Shown: positions 26,195 to 38,272 of the stretch, in pieces
Layout of the letters: each line of letters begins with the position of its first letter
Numbering within the stretch: position 1 is the stretch's first letter
Source: Patellaria atrata CBS 101060
Taxonomy: Eukaryota
NCBI GenBank assembly: GCA_010093705.1
Contig: MU006090.1
Coordinates: forward strand, 1,391,817-1,455,816
Reading direction: 5' to 3'
DNA length: 64,000 bases
Notes under the pieces: model-generated
The model's input: the letters and a program-made list of their open reading frames with translations, nothing else
Databases searched by the model: none
What the model was told of the DNA's origin: nothing
Made by a program: the position numbers and the translations under genes

Positions 26195-26811
26195 ATTTGG
26201 TAAGATTGGTTCCTTCGTTTGAAGAATAGACTTCCTATCCAGAACTCAACCCCCTTGAGCTCAAATGCTGGGTTATGGAAGGAATTTAACCTGAAATTCG
26301 CAGGACTAAATTGTAAAGAGATCGAGTGATCGAATGATAATGACCGAACGAGACGTAGCTTCATTGGTAAAGATGACATTGAGAACGTAGGACAAAAGAT
26401 AAAGGATGAAAGGCCAAAAGAGACGGAGTGCTGTTAAGCCAGAGTTTACACATGATATTGGTCGTATGGAGGAAAGGCCTTCCTACGAATGTCTGATTGA
26501 CACATGACTCCAAACGGTCAAACGGGGATTGAAAGCGGGAGCACATTTTAGAAATACCCTCATCTATCACCCCTCACCCCTATCTTCATAGGGAGAACGA
26601 GAACTAGACATCTCGGTGTTTCTATGTATTTTGAGGTGAAAAACGGACGGGAGATGTTACGAAATTGTCGTGACTCGTTACTCGTTACCTTCACCCTTCC
26701 AACCTGGTGAACATACTAAACCCCTTTCGTAATCACCGCGGAAGACTCGGACTCTAGCTTGACTTGAACCACCAGCACCTCCACCCTCAACCCTCCTCAA
26801 ACCACCATGAA

Positions 26812-28047
26812 ATGCCTCGCCAACTTCCCTGGCTAAAAGACAACAAACCTTCGACCTCTGCGCCTAAACCCCCCCGCGCAGCGAAAAAGCCCCGCCTCTC
26901 AACACCCTCGGACGATGACGATGACGACTTGAACACAACTGGCGTCTCGACGCCTAAACGGCGCGAGAAACTTAGAGGAGGTACATATTTCCAGACCAAC
27001 GTAAACAGAGGAAAAGTCTAAAAGTCCACAGCGCGCACACCCTCGAGTTCTCCGCCTCCCGCTCCTCCCAAACAAGAGTATGGCTACCCCTCTCCGCCTA
27101 TAGACACTCCCTTCTGACATGTGATACTTAGACCGATGCGGCCCGGCCTCGCCGCCGATGACATCTACATCATGGTCGAAGATGAGTTTCTATCGACCGC
27201 GCACTTGTTCACCGCACACCTCCACCGAGCCGAGTACAAACGACTTAAAGCACGGTTGGCGCAACAGCACCCTATTTCCATCGCACGGCCGGTACTAGGC
27301 GGACGGCTAAGCGCAGAGCGACAGAAAGCGATTGAAGCCTCGGAGAAAGAGAAATCGCGGAGATCTGTGCTGGTGGGTGAGACTAGCGATGATGACGAAG
27401 AGGGCGAAGGTGAACTCGCGGGTCTGATGAATAGACCGAAAGAGCCAGGGTTAAATATCGCGGGGCTGGTGGAGCGGAAGGCTAAGACGAGAGCCGCGGC
27501 AGGGTTTGGGGTCAGTTCACAAGGTGACGGGAAAGGGACGACTAGGGCTGATGTATTGAATAAATATGCGGGAGGGGGGCGGGATAGAAAGACAAAAGAG
27601 GAGGAAGAGCAGGAAGAAGATTACGACCTGGACGCTTCGCCAAAATTCAGAAAACCAGCGCCTAAGGTCCACAGCAGGACGTCGTCAGTTACGCCGTCTT
27701 CCTTCTCCTCTTCCTTCTCGCACAGAGTCAGGGACGGCGAGATATCAGTTTCGGTATCCAGATCTCGGCCTCTACATGCAGCATCAATTATAGAATCATC
27801 TTTCTCTTTCTCCTCATATTCACGGTCCCGAGAGCCCTCCATCAGCACATCCAAGAATAAATCCGAGCCATCCCAAAACGAGGTTCACCCTTCGCTGTCG
27901 AAATGGAATGAGCCGTCCTCGCGCTCGGCCCGGTCCTCAGAATATGAGGCACGGATGGCACGACGAAAAGCAGCGCAGGCGAAGAAAGAAAAGGATGAAA
28001 AGCGGAAAAGTGTTAAGTTGGATGAGATACCCATCTTCTTGGTATGA
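26812..28047 (+). CDS. Conserved fungal hypothetical protein (low-complexity, probably nuclear)
   Basis: MPRQLPWL start, two introns, RTPSSSPPP, DDIYIMVEDEFLSTAHLFTAHLHRAEYKRLK and C-terminal DEIPIFLV; these blocks are recognisable from Pezizomycotina hypothetical proteins. Confidence 0.75.
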
Positions 28048-28348
28048 AAACTAATTCTTTCTGTGTTCTTTCATGAAGGGTAATGTGGATGATACCCAAT
28101 ATAGACGGCGGCAAGGAACTATTCTTACAGGCGTGTCACGGAAGGTGAATTTTTAATGACGGTACTGGAATATATCACGATATATGTAATGAAATATCTC
28201 TATGTCGTAAACCCTCGCTGTTCGCAAGAGGGCCTCTCCCAAGGAGATCGGTCTCTCCGGGCTGAGAACTCCACAAACACCACACTAAGATACACCAAGT
28301 GTATCTTACGCACTAATCCGAGATGTAGCCACCCCACACCTATCCGTT

Positions 28349-30795
28349 CTAACTGAAAATCTTGTTGAACCACTTATCGACGGCGTTTCTATCGCAACAA
28401 TTAGTAACCCATCAACATCCAAACAGGGTAGAGGTCCAAGGGGAAGAAAAAAAAAAAGAAAATAAACCTACCTCGGCGGCGTCGGAACAAAGCTCCTGGT
28501 ATACTCTTCAATCTCCTCGACTCCCGTATAAAGATCCGCCTCCTCGGGCTTGACCCACTTCGTCTTCTTCACCAGCTTCCAGCCAATAAACAGCACCGGG
28601 AAAATGAACACCATCATATAGCTGAACAAGAAAGTCGGGACATCCCAATTGTCATCCAAAAACACCGTGTAACCTCCAACAAAAGTCATGATAAACGTGC
28701 CGGTGAGGCCATAGTACGCCGCGAAGGGCATCCAAAAGGCCTTGTAGGGAAGCGTGTTCCTGTCCAGGCCCTGGGCCTCGCACGCCTTCTTCCACTTGAT
28801 GAACGTGAAGCACATGACGCTGAAGTTGATGAGCTGCGACGCGGTGACGAGGTTGACGAACCACTGCAGCACGACGGCCGCGTTGTTCGAGACCTGCAGG
28901 AAGCTGAGGAGCGAGATGAGCAGCACGACGATGACGCAGTAGATCGGGACGCCGTTGCGGGTGCAGCGGCGCAGGAACTTGGGCGCCTTGCCCTCGAGCG
29001 AGAGACCATACAGCGAGCGCGACGCGCAGTAGACGTAGCTGTTACCGGCCGAGAAGGCGGACGCGAGCACCATGGCGTTGACGATGTGCGGGAGGACGCC
29101 GATCTGGAGGCGCTTCATGGCGACGACGTAGGGCGAGGCCGCAGCTCCGGGTTTACCGGATGCAAAAGCCTCGGTGAGTTCGGCATCGTCATAAGGCACT
29201 AAGATACCCACACAAAGGGACCCGAGGACGAAAAAGGTCGTCAACCGATAGAATACCGCATTATACGCTCTCGGCATGACAACTCTCGGATTTTCCGCCT
29301 CTCCTGCGGCCATGCTTACATAATCCGGTCCAGCTATGGTAAAAGAGGCCTGAATGAGACACTGCAGGAACCCGAGGAAGCGGCCGGTGCTTCCGGAGCG
29401 GTAGAGCTCGGTCATAGCGCCCGGGTTATTCCAGTACCGGAACCCGAAACGATCGCCGAGTGGATTGCCGCCGACCATGGTAATGAAGGTGAAGATGATG
29501 AGGCCAATGATCAGCAGAACTTTGCCTAGCGCGGCCCAGAATTCGGTTTCACCGTACCATTTTACGGCGAGCACGTTGATGAGACTAAGGAGTGTTATCA
29601 AAACCGGAGATAAAATGGTATTCTGATGTAACTTACGCGTAAAGTATCAGCACGATGGCGATGATCACACCAGCTGGAACAACATCGTCCCAGAAGTGAA
29701 TGATAACATTACAAGCTACGATTTCGAAAGGGACGAGAGCCGCTTCAAAGATGAAGAAATTCCAGCCGGCTGCAACACCGAAAGCTTCATCTACATAACG
29801 ACCGGCGAATCGGATAAATGGCGAGGAGATGGGAAGATAAGTCACCATTTCCGCCATACCTAAGAGTAGCATATATCTGTTAGCAAAGTCTGTTTCGAGG
29901 AGAATGAAGACAAGAAAATATAGCTGCTTTTGGGCCAAGATGGATCGCAGAGCTTCGTGAGTAGGGGTGGAAAGTAATTCGATACGCTGTGTTGGTTTGT
30001 CGTAGTTCTCGAGACTGATGCTTGCGGGTATTGAACATGCTATGTTTAGCGCCATGAGTTTCAAAATGTTGCATTCGGTTATCGTCATTATCAAGAATGG
30101 TGGTTTCAATGAGTTGGATATCTGGCGTGTGTGTTCAGGTTCCTGACTGCTTAGGATCCCGCTCTTAGGTTTATAATCTCGGGATATTACTTTGGAAGTC
30201 GTAGATATTCGTTATACTGCGTTGGGCTGCTCTTTGTCCGATAGCTGCTCTGGTCCTAGGGGCTTTCTGAAGCGCTTTTTTCACGATCTCGTAGCACTCG
30301 TGATGTCACAGAAAATGGAAAAGGAAAGAAAGGAAGGGGTATTCATACATAGTGTAACAGCTAAAATGAACGAACACCTATTGCATCATTCATAAGTCTC
30401 TGTTCTGCATACATTCTCTACGAGGACCCTAAGGACCGCCGTTTCCATACTCTCCACTGCAAGTCGAAGCTCGTGGCGCTTCGTCTTAACTTCAGGGGAG
30501 ATGGGAAAACTTACCAGATGGTGAAAGCTAAGAATAAACTCGCAGGACCGCCATTGAGCAAACCACGACCAATCTGAACATACAAGGCTGTACCGATAGT
30601 ACCGCCAATACCGATAAGCTGAATATGCCTGGGCTTGAGTTTACGGTGGGTAGCATCGAAGCCAGCGTTATAAGAGATCACTGACTGGCGACGATCATCG
30701 TTGTCGACATAGGAGTCCTTTTCCCCGTCCGTAATCTTCTCGTCGGCGAGGTAGCTAGGGGGTTGTAACGTGTGGTCTATATTGGTAGACGTCAT
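28349..30795 (-). CDS. Amino-acid permease (APC/YAT family, Agp2-like)
   Basis: HRKLKPRHIQLIGIGGTIGTALYVQIG, micro-exon 30377-30349, ~490-nt intron, YGETEFW, FGFRYW, AGEAENPR, NSYVYCASRSLYGL, final exon NAVDKWFNKIFS*. Confidence 0.92.
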
Positions 30796-31587
30796 GGTGG
30801 AAGAGGGCAGCAAGCTGCCAGAAAGCTGTCAGATCCGATTTACGGGTGTCAACAGTATTTAAACTACTGACGGTCCAAGTTCCACAAACTGAAGAGATAC
30901 CGTACGGGATTTGACCGGGGGAGCGCCCGAAGATAAGTAAAAGAGTTCTACAGAGACCAAACTTCATCGAGCGGAAATCTGAAGGTATCCTTGCTGTGGC
31001 CAGCACGACGTAAACAGAGGGTCGGGTGTCGTCTGCAGGGACAAGGCTCAAAAGATTTCCTCAGGCGTAGCTTCACAATTAGATTTTGGATTAGATCGAT
31101 CCCAACCACCCACGCGGGGCGTTTTTCGAATTGAAGTTAGGACTCTGAAAGATGCCCAAGTACAAGGGCTAGAACCTTGGCTGTACATGTCTTGGACTGA
31201 CCGTCTGATGAGATCTCATCATGGTCCAATTGTACTTTTGTAAAGTCGAGATAGCTTGACTGGGTTTACAGGGGGAAGGTCAGTAGGGATTAAACGATAA
31301 AGACGCAAGGACGCAAGTGAGATGATTCTTGCAAAGACAGTGCATATCTCCACCACGCCGGATAGCTTGGCTGACGGCAGGTATCTGTCGAGGCTGTGGA
31401 AGTGTTTGTTGACCTCTGTGACCTCTTACTCTTAGAGGTCATAGACGATCAAGAGGATATAGAGACGCATATGATCTGCATACTGGTAAGTAAGCGAGCA
31501 CGGCGGGCGAGCAGTTCGGTTTTTCGAACCCTTTTTCCTTCTGGATAAGAACAGCAGTACTCGTAACACTATACTAGGCTTCTCCAA

Positions 31588-31650
31588 GGCTTTTTCATAG
31601 CCTTTTCCTAGCCTTTTCCTAGCCTTTTCCTAGCCTTTTCCTAGCCTCTT
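31588..31650. repeat. 11-bp tandem repeat (TAGCCTTTTCC) x ~5
   Basis: Period-11 repeat read directly from the sequence. Confidence 0.9.
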
Positions 31651-33479
31651 CTTTCTAGCAGTTACGACGATACATATGGAGTACTCATCACTTAACCGTA
31701 CCGTAGCTCAGGATAGTTTCCTCTTTGCATTATCTTCTCCATAACACGTAGTCAAATACCGTATAACTTTCCACCCCTCCTTAGCATACGTATCCATACA
31801 TACTAGTGTAGGTAAATACGTACAATAATGGAATCTAAGTACCTTACTTCTCCGCTCTCGGGCCCTCCGATGAAGGCGTTACGCCCCATGAGATACTCCA
31901 GAGCGCCGGCCGAGATCCACGGACCAACCTAAACGCTGCCTCGTGCTTTCGCCAATGCTAGGCACGAGTGCAGTTCGCCGCCCTTGCTCGAACCATGTGG
32001 TACTGTACAGTAATAAAGTACTGTAGCTTGTCATAAATAATGGCCAGCACAAAGCTCACAACCGCGTGAAAGAGTAGGTGACCATGGAACCCTGGAGAGA
32101 TGCCGTAACTCAGTTACCGGGGCGGAAACACGGCAGACTGAGTACAGTAGTGCAAAGTTCTTGAGCAGTACGATAGGGTCGTAGTTCACTCTCTTGTCAT
32201 GTTCGGTGAGACAGTGAGACGGTAAAAAGACGGATATCATTTCGATTTTGATGCTTAAGAACGATCAAGCGAGCAAAAGCTCGGAGTGAGGCATTGGCAC
32301 AGCTTGACACACGAAGCTTTTGGAGAAGCATGAGAAGCTCGCTATGAGGCGCTTGCGTCATCTGGGCGCCAACATCAACAACGGCCTGGAGTTACAACAG
32401 GGTACGGAGTACAGTACCAAAGGTCAAAAGTTCTGGTAGGGTGACATTCCAGATAAGACATGAAAGTAAATAGAAGGACCTCTTCGCCTGCCATATTGTA
32501 AAACTAGCTGCAGGAAAAAGAGATGCAAAGTCAACATGAGAACTCCAAAACTCCAAAATTTGATGCTCTTCCCTCTTGTCTCTTGTTCGAATTTGTCACA
32601 AGAGTGGGATGGATCGTATGCCAAGTCTCCTCACGCAAGGAGCGCCACATCTGACGAGGAAGAAACTCCAACATGTGCCCAAAGCTTCACTGGACCTTGA
32701 AAAGACTGTAATTCAACGTAACCCATCCCAAGATCTCAAAAAATTCCGATTTTGCTGACCCAAAGGTTGAAGTTACGGTATCTGAATCATTTCTCAGGAG
32801 TCCAACGACAGCATGAGTAAGGTTTTCAGGGGAGAGTAAGGTGACCTTGGTGCATCGAGAGGCTTTACCTAGACAATAGTACGTACGATTAGGGTAGAAT
32901 TTGACTATCAACTACGTAACTCTGGATCCCTTTAGCTCTAGAACTACGTCGTCATTAGATCGATTATAACCTGTTCCTATGGCGGGTATCCATTCAATTT
33001 TTAGGGACATCCAGCTAGGGAGCGTACCGTAAGGTACTGTACTCCTATCATCATCCCAGACCTGGTGGGTTTTGCGGTCAAGTACGTAACTCAAAGTACA
33101 CCAATACCCCCAAGAATTTGATGTTTATTCCATTGTATGTACATTTTGAGTACATCTTTTGAGTACGCATAAGTCGGATCCGAGTGATGATGCAACGCTA
33201 AGCCAGGAATAAATTTGGGACGCTGAGTTGTGTTGAATTCAAGACTGTACTATCTACCATCTTACTGTACGGGGTCCCATCCTGATTTAACGAGGGAGAC
33301 CTGGATACAGAAACGACCGCTTGCATCGGAACTCCAACCAAACAAGCCGCCTTACCTCTTAACGCTATGCAAGAACAAATGCCCCGATGCAGCACCCCTA
33401 TTTGCGTTTTAGTGAACCCATCATTTGCAACGTCCTTTTCATCTACCTCACCTTTCTGGCAGTGACCCTAGCTTCCCAG

Positions 33480-36400
33480 CTACCTGTCCATGGTTCTCAA
33501 CTTATGCTTCTCGTTCTCTGTCAACGACTCGAAAACAGCTTCGAAATCTGGTCTAGTGCCCAATCCTCGAAACCACCCGATGAGGAAGGTCTGCGTCTCG
33601 TCGTCCGACCATTTGTGCGAATATGCTTCCGGTCCTTCATTCACATATCCCATTAGTTCATTTTTGACTGCCGGATTTGATAGGTCTAGATCTCCCGGCT
33701 CGTCTTCCCAGTCACCATCATCAGAACCAGCTTCATCGGCCAACTCGGCGGCGGCGTCAAGCGTGCGTTGTGATGGCTGTGAGGTGACAAGCAGTTCTTC
33801 GACTAGCACTTTCAAAATCTTCAGTCGCATGGGGATGATCGTGTATTGAGGAGGGTCTATTTGGCGGTGGTAAGTTTGATATTCATACTTTAAGAATGGT
33901 GTTGAATGCTTACTTTGCCGTGCACGAGAGCGCGTCATGATGCGCGTGCTCTCAGAGACTATGAGCTCTCCTTTGGCCGTTATACTATCCAGGCGGGGAT
34001 CCTCGAGTTCATAAATCTTAGTTAATGCCACAACGCTGTTGGGTATTAGCAGTTACATCTCCACTCATGTCAAATGAATGTACCTTTGACGTATCTCTTC
34101 ATATCCCGCGAAGCTGATGGAATTCTCCAGCCACTTGGTCAAAACCACCTGCAGCCCACTCTCTTGTCCGATTTGTACCTGCGCAAGAAATTCAACTACA
34201 TCGTTCGCACTGACCAAACACAGTCTTGCAAACACAAGAATGAGACTTTGAATAAGGGGTGCATGTTCTGCGGTTTGCAACCGGACGGCTACAGCCCGCA
34301 GAAGTTGCATTAGGTACGGACCAAGTCGTTCTGAGCCAGCCTTTTCTACAAATTCGGCAGCAAGACCACCAACTTCGGAAGCAGCATTATCGTCTATGTT
34401 GGTACCCAACAAGCGATCGATAATCACTAGAATGACTTCAAGACCGCCTTTGCCGGTCTCATCGTGCCAATTGAAAATCTGTGGAGCGTCATGTTCAACT
34501 ATGTTTTTGACCGTCACAGTAGCGGCTTTCAAAAGCTCGTCGTCATTTGAACCAAGGAGCATTCGGTTCAACTTAGGCATGACTGTCTGGACAAAACCTT
34601 GTGGGAGGGGTGTCGATCCATGTTGCGTAAAAACGGCGAGCAATTCCGCAGCGAGCTACCCGGAGATCAGTCATTGAGGTCTATCGCAAGGGAAATGAAC
34701 GTAGCAAAACCACTTACATTTGTTAGTGCATTCTCTTCTGTCAACGCACCCACATCAAATGCTCCGGTAAGGGAAGGAAGAACCTTCGTACAAAGTTGGA
34801 CGTATGCATCGTTGCCAGTCTCTGATAGAAGTCTTGTAATAAGCTCAAAAGCTTCGGTAACAATAATGGTGATTTGGAAAGTTCTCGCGCCGTGATTGGC
34901 AAGAGTAAAGAGCAGATCCAACCCACTGCCCGTTAAGCAAATTCGAGGATCGAGAAGAATTGCGTCTCTTAAAGTTTCGACAATAGTGACCATGAGATCG
35001 TCACCGTCTGTTAGCTCGTTCAGATCCTGGCCGGAGATGTACTCTGATAGGCCTGATATCACCGCAGATTGCATGGGTTTCGTGATACTCGGTGGCAGAG
35101 CAGACAAGTAACATTGCAATGCCCTGATACAAGAGACCTTTACAACATCCGACTCGTCTCTGACCATAGCTTGTAGTGTCGCTTCCATAAAAGACCCAGC
35201 GACTAGTTGTAAGACATCGCCGGAAACTTCGACAAGATTACCAGCGACCAGATACCCTCGAGCGCGTAGAAACTCTTCTGGCTGTTGCATGGCATATCTG
35301 ATGAAATCCACAAAACCATTGGCAGCATCCGCATTGATATTTTTCTCCCTATCTTGGTAATCGCCTAACATAGCGTTAAGGACGAAAAGAGCTGCTTCTT
35401 TTTCCTTCCAGCCTTGATTTGTAGAATATAGCGACCGTGTATATGCAAGTAGTGCTTCGACAGTAGCTGTGTTCAACCATTCGCCAAGTTTTATAAGTAG
35501 ATCCCCACATGCTGTTCTTGGAGTGTAGTTAGCGGTGACGCTTGTCTCCTCTGAGAGAAACACGTTCACGTCAATATTCCATAAGCCCTCCTCCTCTGTG
35601 GTAATTTTGGCGTACGCAATAGCAAGTTGTGTGAACTGGTACACCCAATTCTCTGGCCCGTTCTGAGAACTGAGTTGGGATTCCAATTCTTTACGGACTG
35701 GAGGTGCACGCAAGCACGTTTGCATGAAATCAAGGTCTTCAAGCACAAGGAAATCTAGGGTATATGGCAAACCATCAGCGTCCTCGAGCCGGCCTTGACG
35801 CTCATCTTCGATATACATCTCACGATAGGCCTTTTCTAATGCTGTGAGCTCCTCCCATGTGGAAGAGAATAGAATTGGCGCGTGGGGTTGTAAAAGTGAC
35901 GGGAACACGCACCGGATACGGAAGAGAACCTTTACTAGCATCAGTACTGTGATTCCCCTTACTTGTCCAATTCCATACCTTGACAGTCTGAAGTTTCAAG
36001 GCAACGAGCCCCCTATATGTAGACGAAGCAACAGTATTCCGCATATCTTCGTCTTCAGACGGCGGATCCGGCAGTTTCGATTTGAGTATTTCAAGGAAGA
36101 ATGGTATCCACCCGCTAATCGTCTCGTCCGCAAATGCCTTGACTGCGGCTTTATGATCTTCAAGAAACATTTCCAGCATATCGAAGCAGCCACGAAATAC
36201 GGAGAGCGCGAGGGCTCGTAAGATTGGAGGTTTCGAGTCGTTCACCGCAACGTCATATATTATCTTAACCATACTCCTAGCGACGGCAAGAAACTGTTCA
36301 TCCCCCAGGGCCTCCTCTACCAATTCTCCTAGCACCTTCAAGGTTCCGTGTATCTGTGCATCGTTGCCGATGGGAATTATCTGCAGGAGTGTTTGTAGCA

Positions 36401-36788
36401 AGTCCGGCCATTCGTCTGGATAGTCCGCAGTGGCTATTTTACTGACGACATAGCCTGCAGCAGTTTCTATCTTTCTCTCTTGCCGACCGTTTGTGGCTAG
36501 GTCGAGCAGCATATGCCGCAGCCTGTGTTTGTTCTCATCGCTGATGTTTACTTGGCCAGTGTATTCATCGAACTGGGGAGACCAAGCGGTTGAGATGAAT
36601 TTCCTGAGAGTAAGGAGTGCAGACTGACGAATATTGATAGGTACGGATTCGTGTGAGCCCACAGAGGCGAGGGCAATTGGGAAGTCTGGGTTGGAGTGAT
36701 GTTGTTGGAGTTGAGCTTCCGCCTGTTTTCTGACACCCTCCTCCGCGGTTTGGGTTTCGGCAAGCAATCGCACTAATTGCTCCTCCAT
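33480..36788 (-). CDS. KAP114: Importin-9 / Kap114 (karyopherin beta)
   Basis: IBN_N start (MEEQLVRLLAETQ..RKQAEAQL), ADYPDEWPDLL, FLSEETSVTANYTPRTACGDLL, WKEKEAALF, RIMTRSRARQ..YTIIPMRLKILKVLVEEL; three introns. Confidence 0.92.
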
Positions 36789-37157
36789 TGTTTCCTTAGC
36801 GGAGAGTGCAGTCTGGTGTAACAGGTAGAGAGTCTATCGGGCTCGACTAACTAATATTCGCGGCGTCAGGCTAATTGCACGAGCAATTCGTAGTACAACG
36901 TATTTGATGGATGACACAGGAATAAAGGCTTAGACTGGGGGTTTCGAGGTGAATTGTAGGACTAGTCAAAGACGCGTAGACGATGTTCTCTAATAAGAAG
37001 ATGCAAGGTAATCGTATATCAGTGGAAACTGTAAATTTCGATTTTCCTTGACGTGCTGTGTGACGATGGTGTGTTGTCGCGTCTTGGAAGCGTTGATGGT
37101 TCAGGTTCACCGTTTTCCGCGTTTTCCTTTTTCACTCGACCCCTCCTCAACCCCACC

Positions 37158-37919
37158 ATGGCCTCTCCCACGCCCCCGAACACCTTCAATGCTCTCATAT
37201 CGACCTTCACCTCCTTCCTTACCGTCGCAATCCACACTATAATCTATATTCGTTCTATCTATCCCCACGACACTTTTCTCACCGTTCGCGCCTACAATTA
37301 CCCTATCTACCAGTCAAGACACCCCGCCGTCTGCTCCTGGATCAATGATGCCGTCGCCGCCATCGAGGCCCAGCTCCTTTCGGGAATCGTCGAGCGTATT
37401 GCCATTGTTATATTCTCTCCAAACCAAAAGCCTTTGGAACGGTTCGTGTTTGATGTTGCGCGCTTCCCAGATGTTGGCAGGGAGGATCGGGACGTCCCAT
37501 TTGCGCCCGTAAATACAGAAGAGGGAGGGCTGGTGGAGGGCAATAACATCGGAGATCTTCGAATGGACACACCTACAGTGGACTTGGAAGAACAGTTTAG
37601 GGCGACCATGTCTAAGTTGGTCATTTACGGCTCGCAACTCAAACCATTGCCTCCCAATTGCTCCTTCACGGTCGCTGTCGAAAGCAAGAAAAAGGCGGAT
37701 CCTCTAATTGGTCACCCCCAACCTTGGATCCCAACACAGCCATCTTTTCAAACGCATAGGCTTACGGATGATAACGAGGACACACGGGGGGGAAGTCTAG
37801 GAGGAACAATGACGCTTCCTGTCAGATCAGTCGCTGCTGGTGAAATGGTTTTTGAGATGTGGATCGAAGAGGGCAAGGAGAAGTCGATTACCCTGAACTC
37901 ACTTAGCGGTGAGACTTAA
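37158..37919 (+). CDS. REV7: HORMA-domain protein Rev7/MAD2B (DNA polymerase zeta subunit)
   Basis: FLTVAIHTIIYIRSIYP..F..RAYNYPIYQSRHPAVCSWI, PLERFVFDV, LEEQFRA, PVRSVAAGEMVFEMWIEE. Confidence 0.88.
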   Translation: MASPTPPNTFNALISTFTSFLTVAIHTIIYIRSIYPHDTFLTVRAYNYPIYQSRHPAVCSWINDAVAAIEAQLLSGIVERIAIVIFSPNQKPLERFVFDVARFPDVGREDRDVPFAPVNTEEGGLVEGNNIGDLRMDTPTVDLEEQFRATMSKLVIYGSQLKPLPPNCSFTVAVESKKKADPLIGHPQPWIPTQPSFQTHRLTDDNEDTRGGSLGGTMTLPVRSVAAGEMVFEMWIEEGKEKSITLNSLSGET

Positions 37920-38272
37920 TCAAGCGCAGTTTGGTAGGGGTATTTTAGAATGTAAGGGGATTTTTGATAGTCTTCCCAACTCTATACACAATAATAGGTG
38001 ACTGCAGACGCAAATGCGAGAAGTATGTGATCTCGAAGGGGATATCTACAAAGTATAATACACAGTGAAATTAAAACCTCTGCCAATCATCGACCCATAA
38101 TAGCTCCAGCCCATATTGCCACCGAATGCATAGGCAGACATCGTAGTGAACATGTGTTTCCACAAGTAGCAACTTTGTCGTTTTGGACCGCACTTTGCTG
38201 AAGATTTTGAAACCTCTTTCCAGCAACCAGATCTGTTGATTTATCAAGAACCTTTACTCTTCATGAATAATC

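Noticed and set aside
35930..35978. Introns ending in AAG (also at 11033 and 46448)
   Set aside because: AAG is a known minor 3' splice site in fungi.
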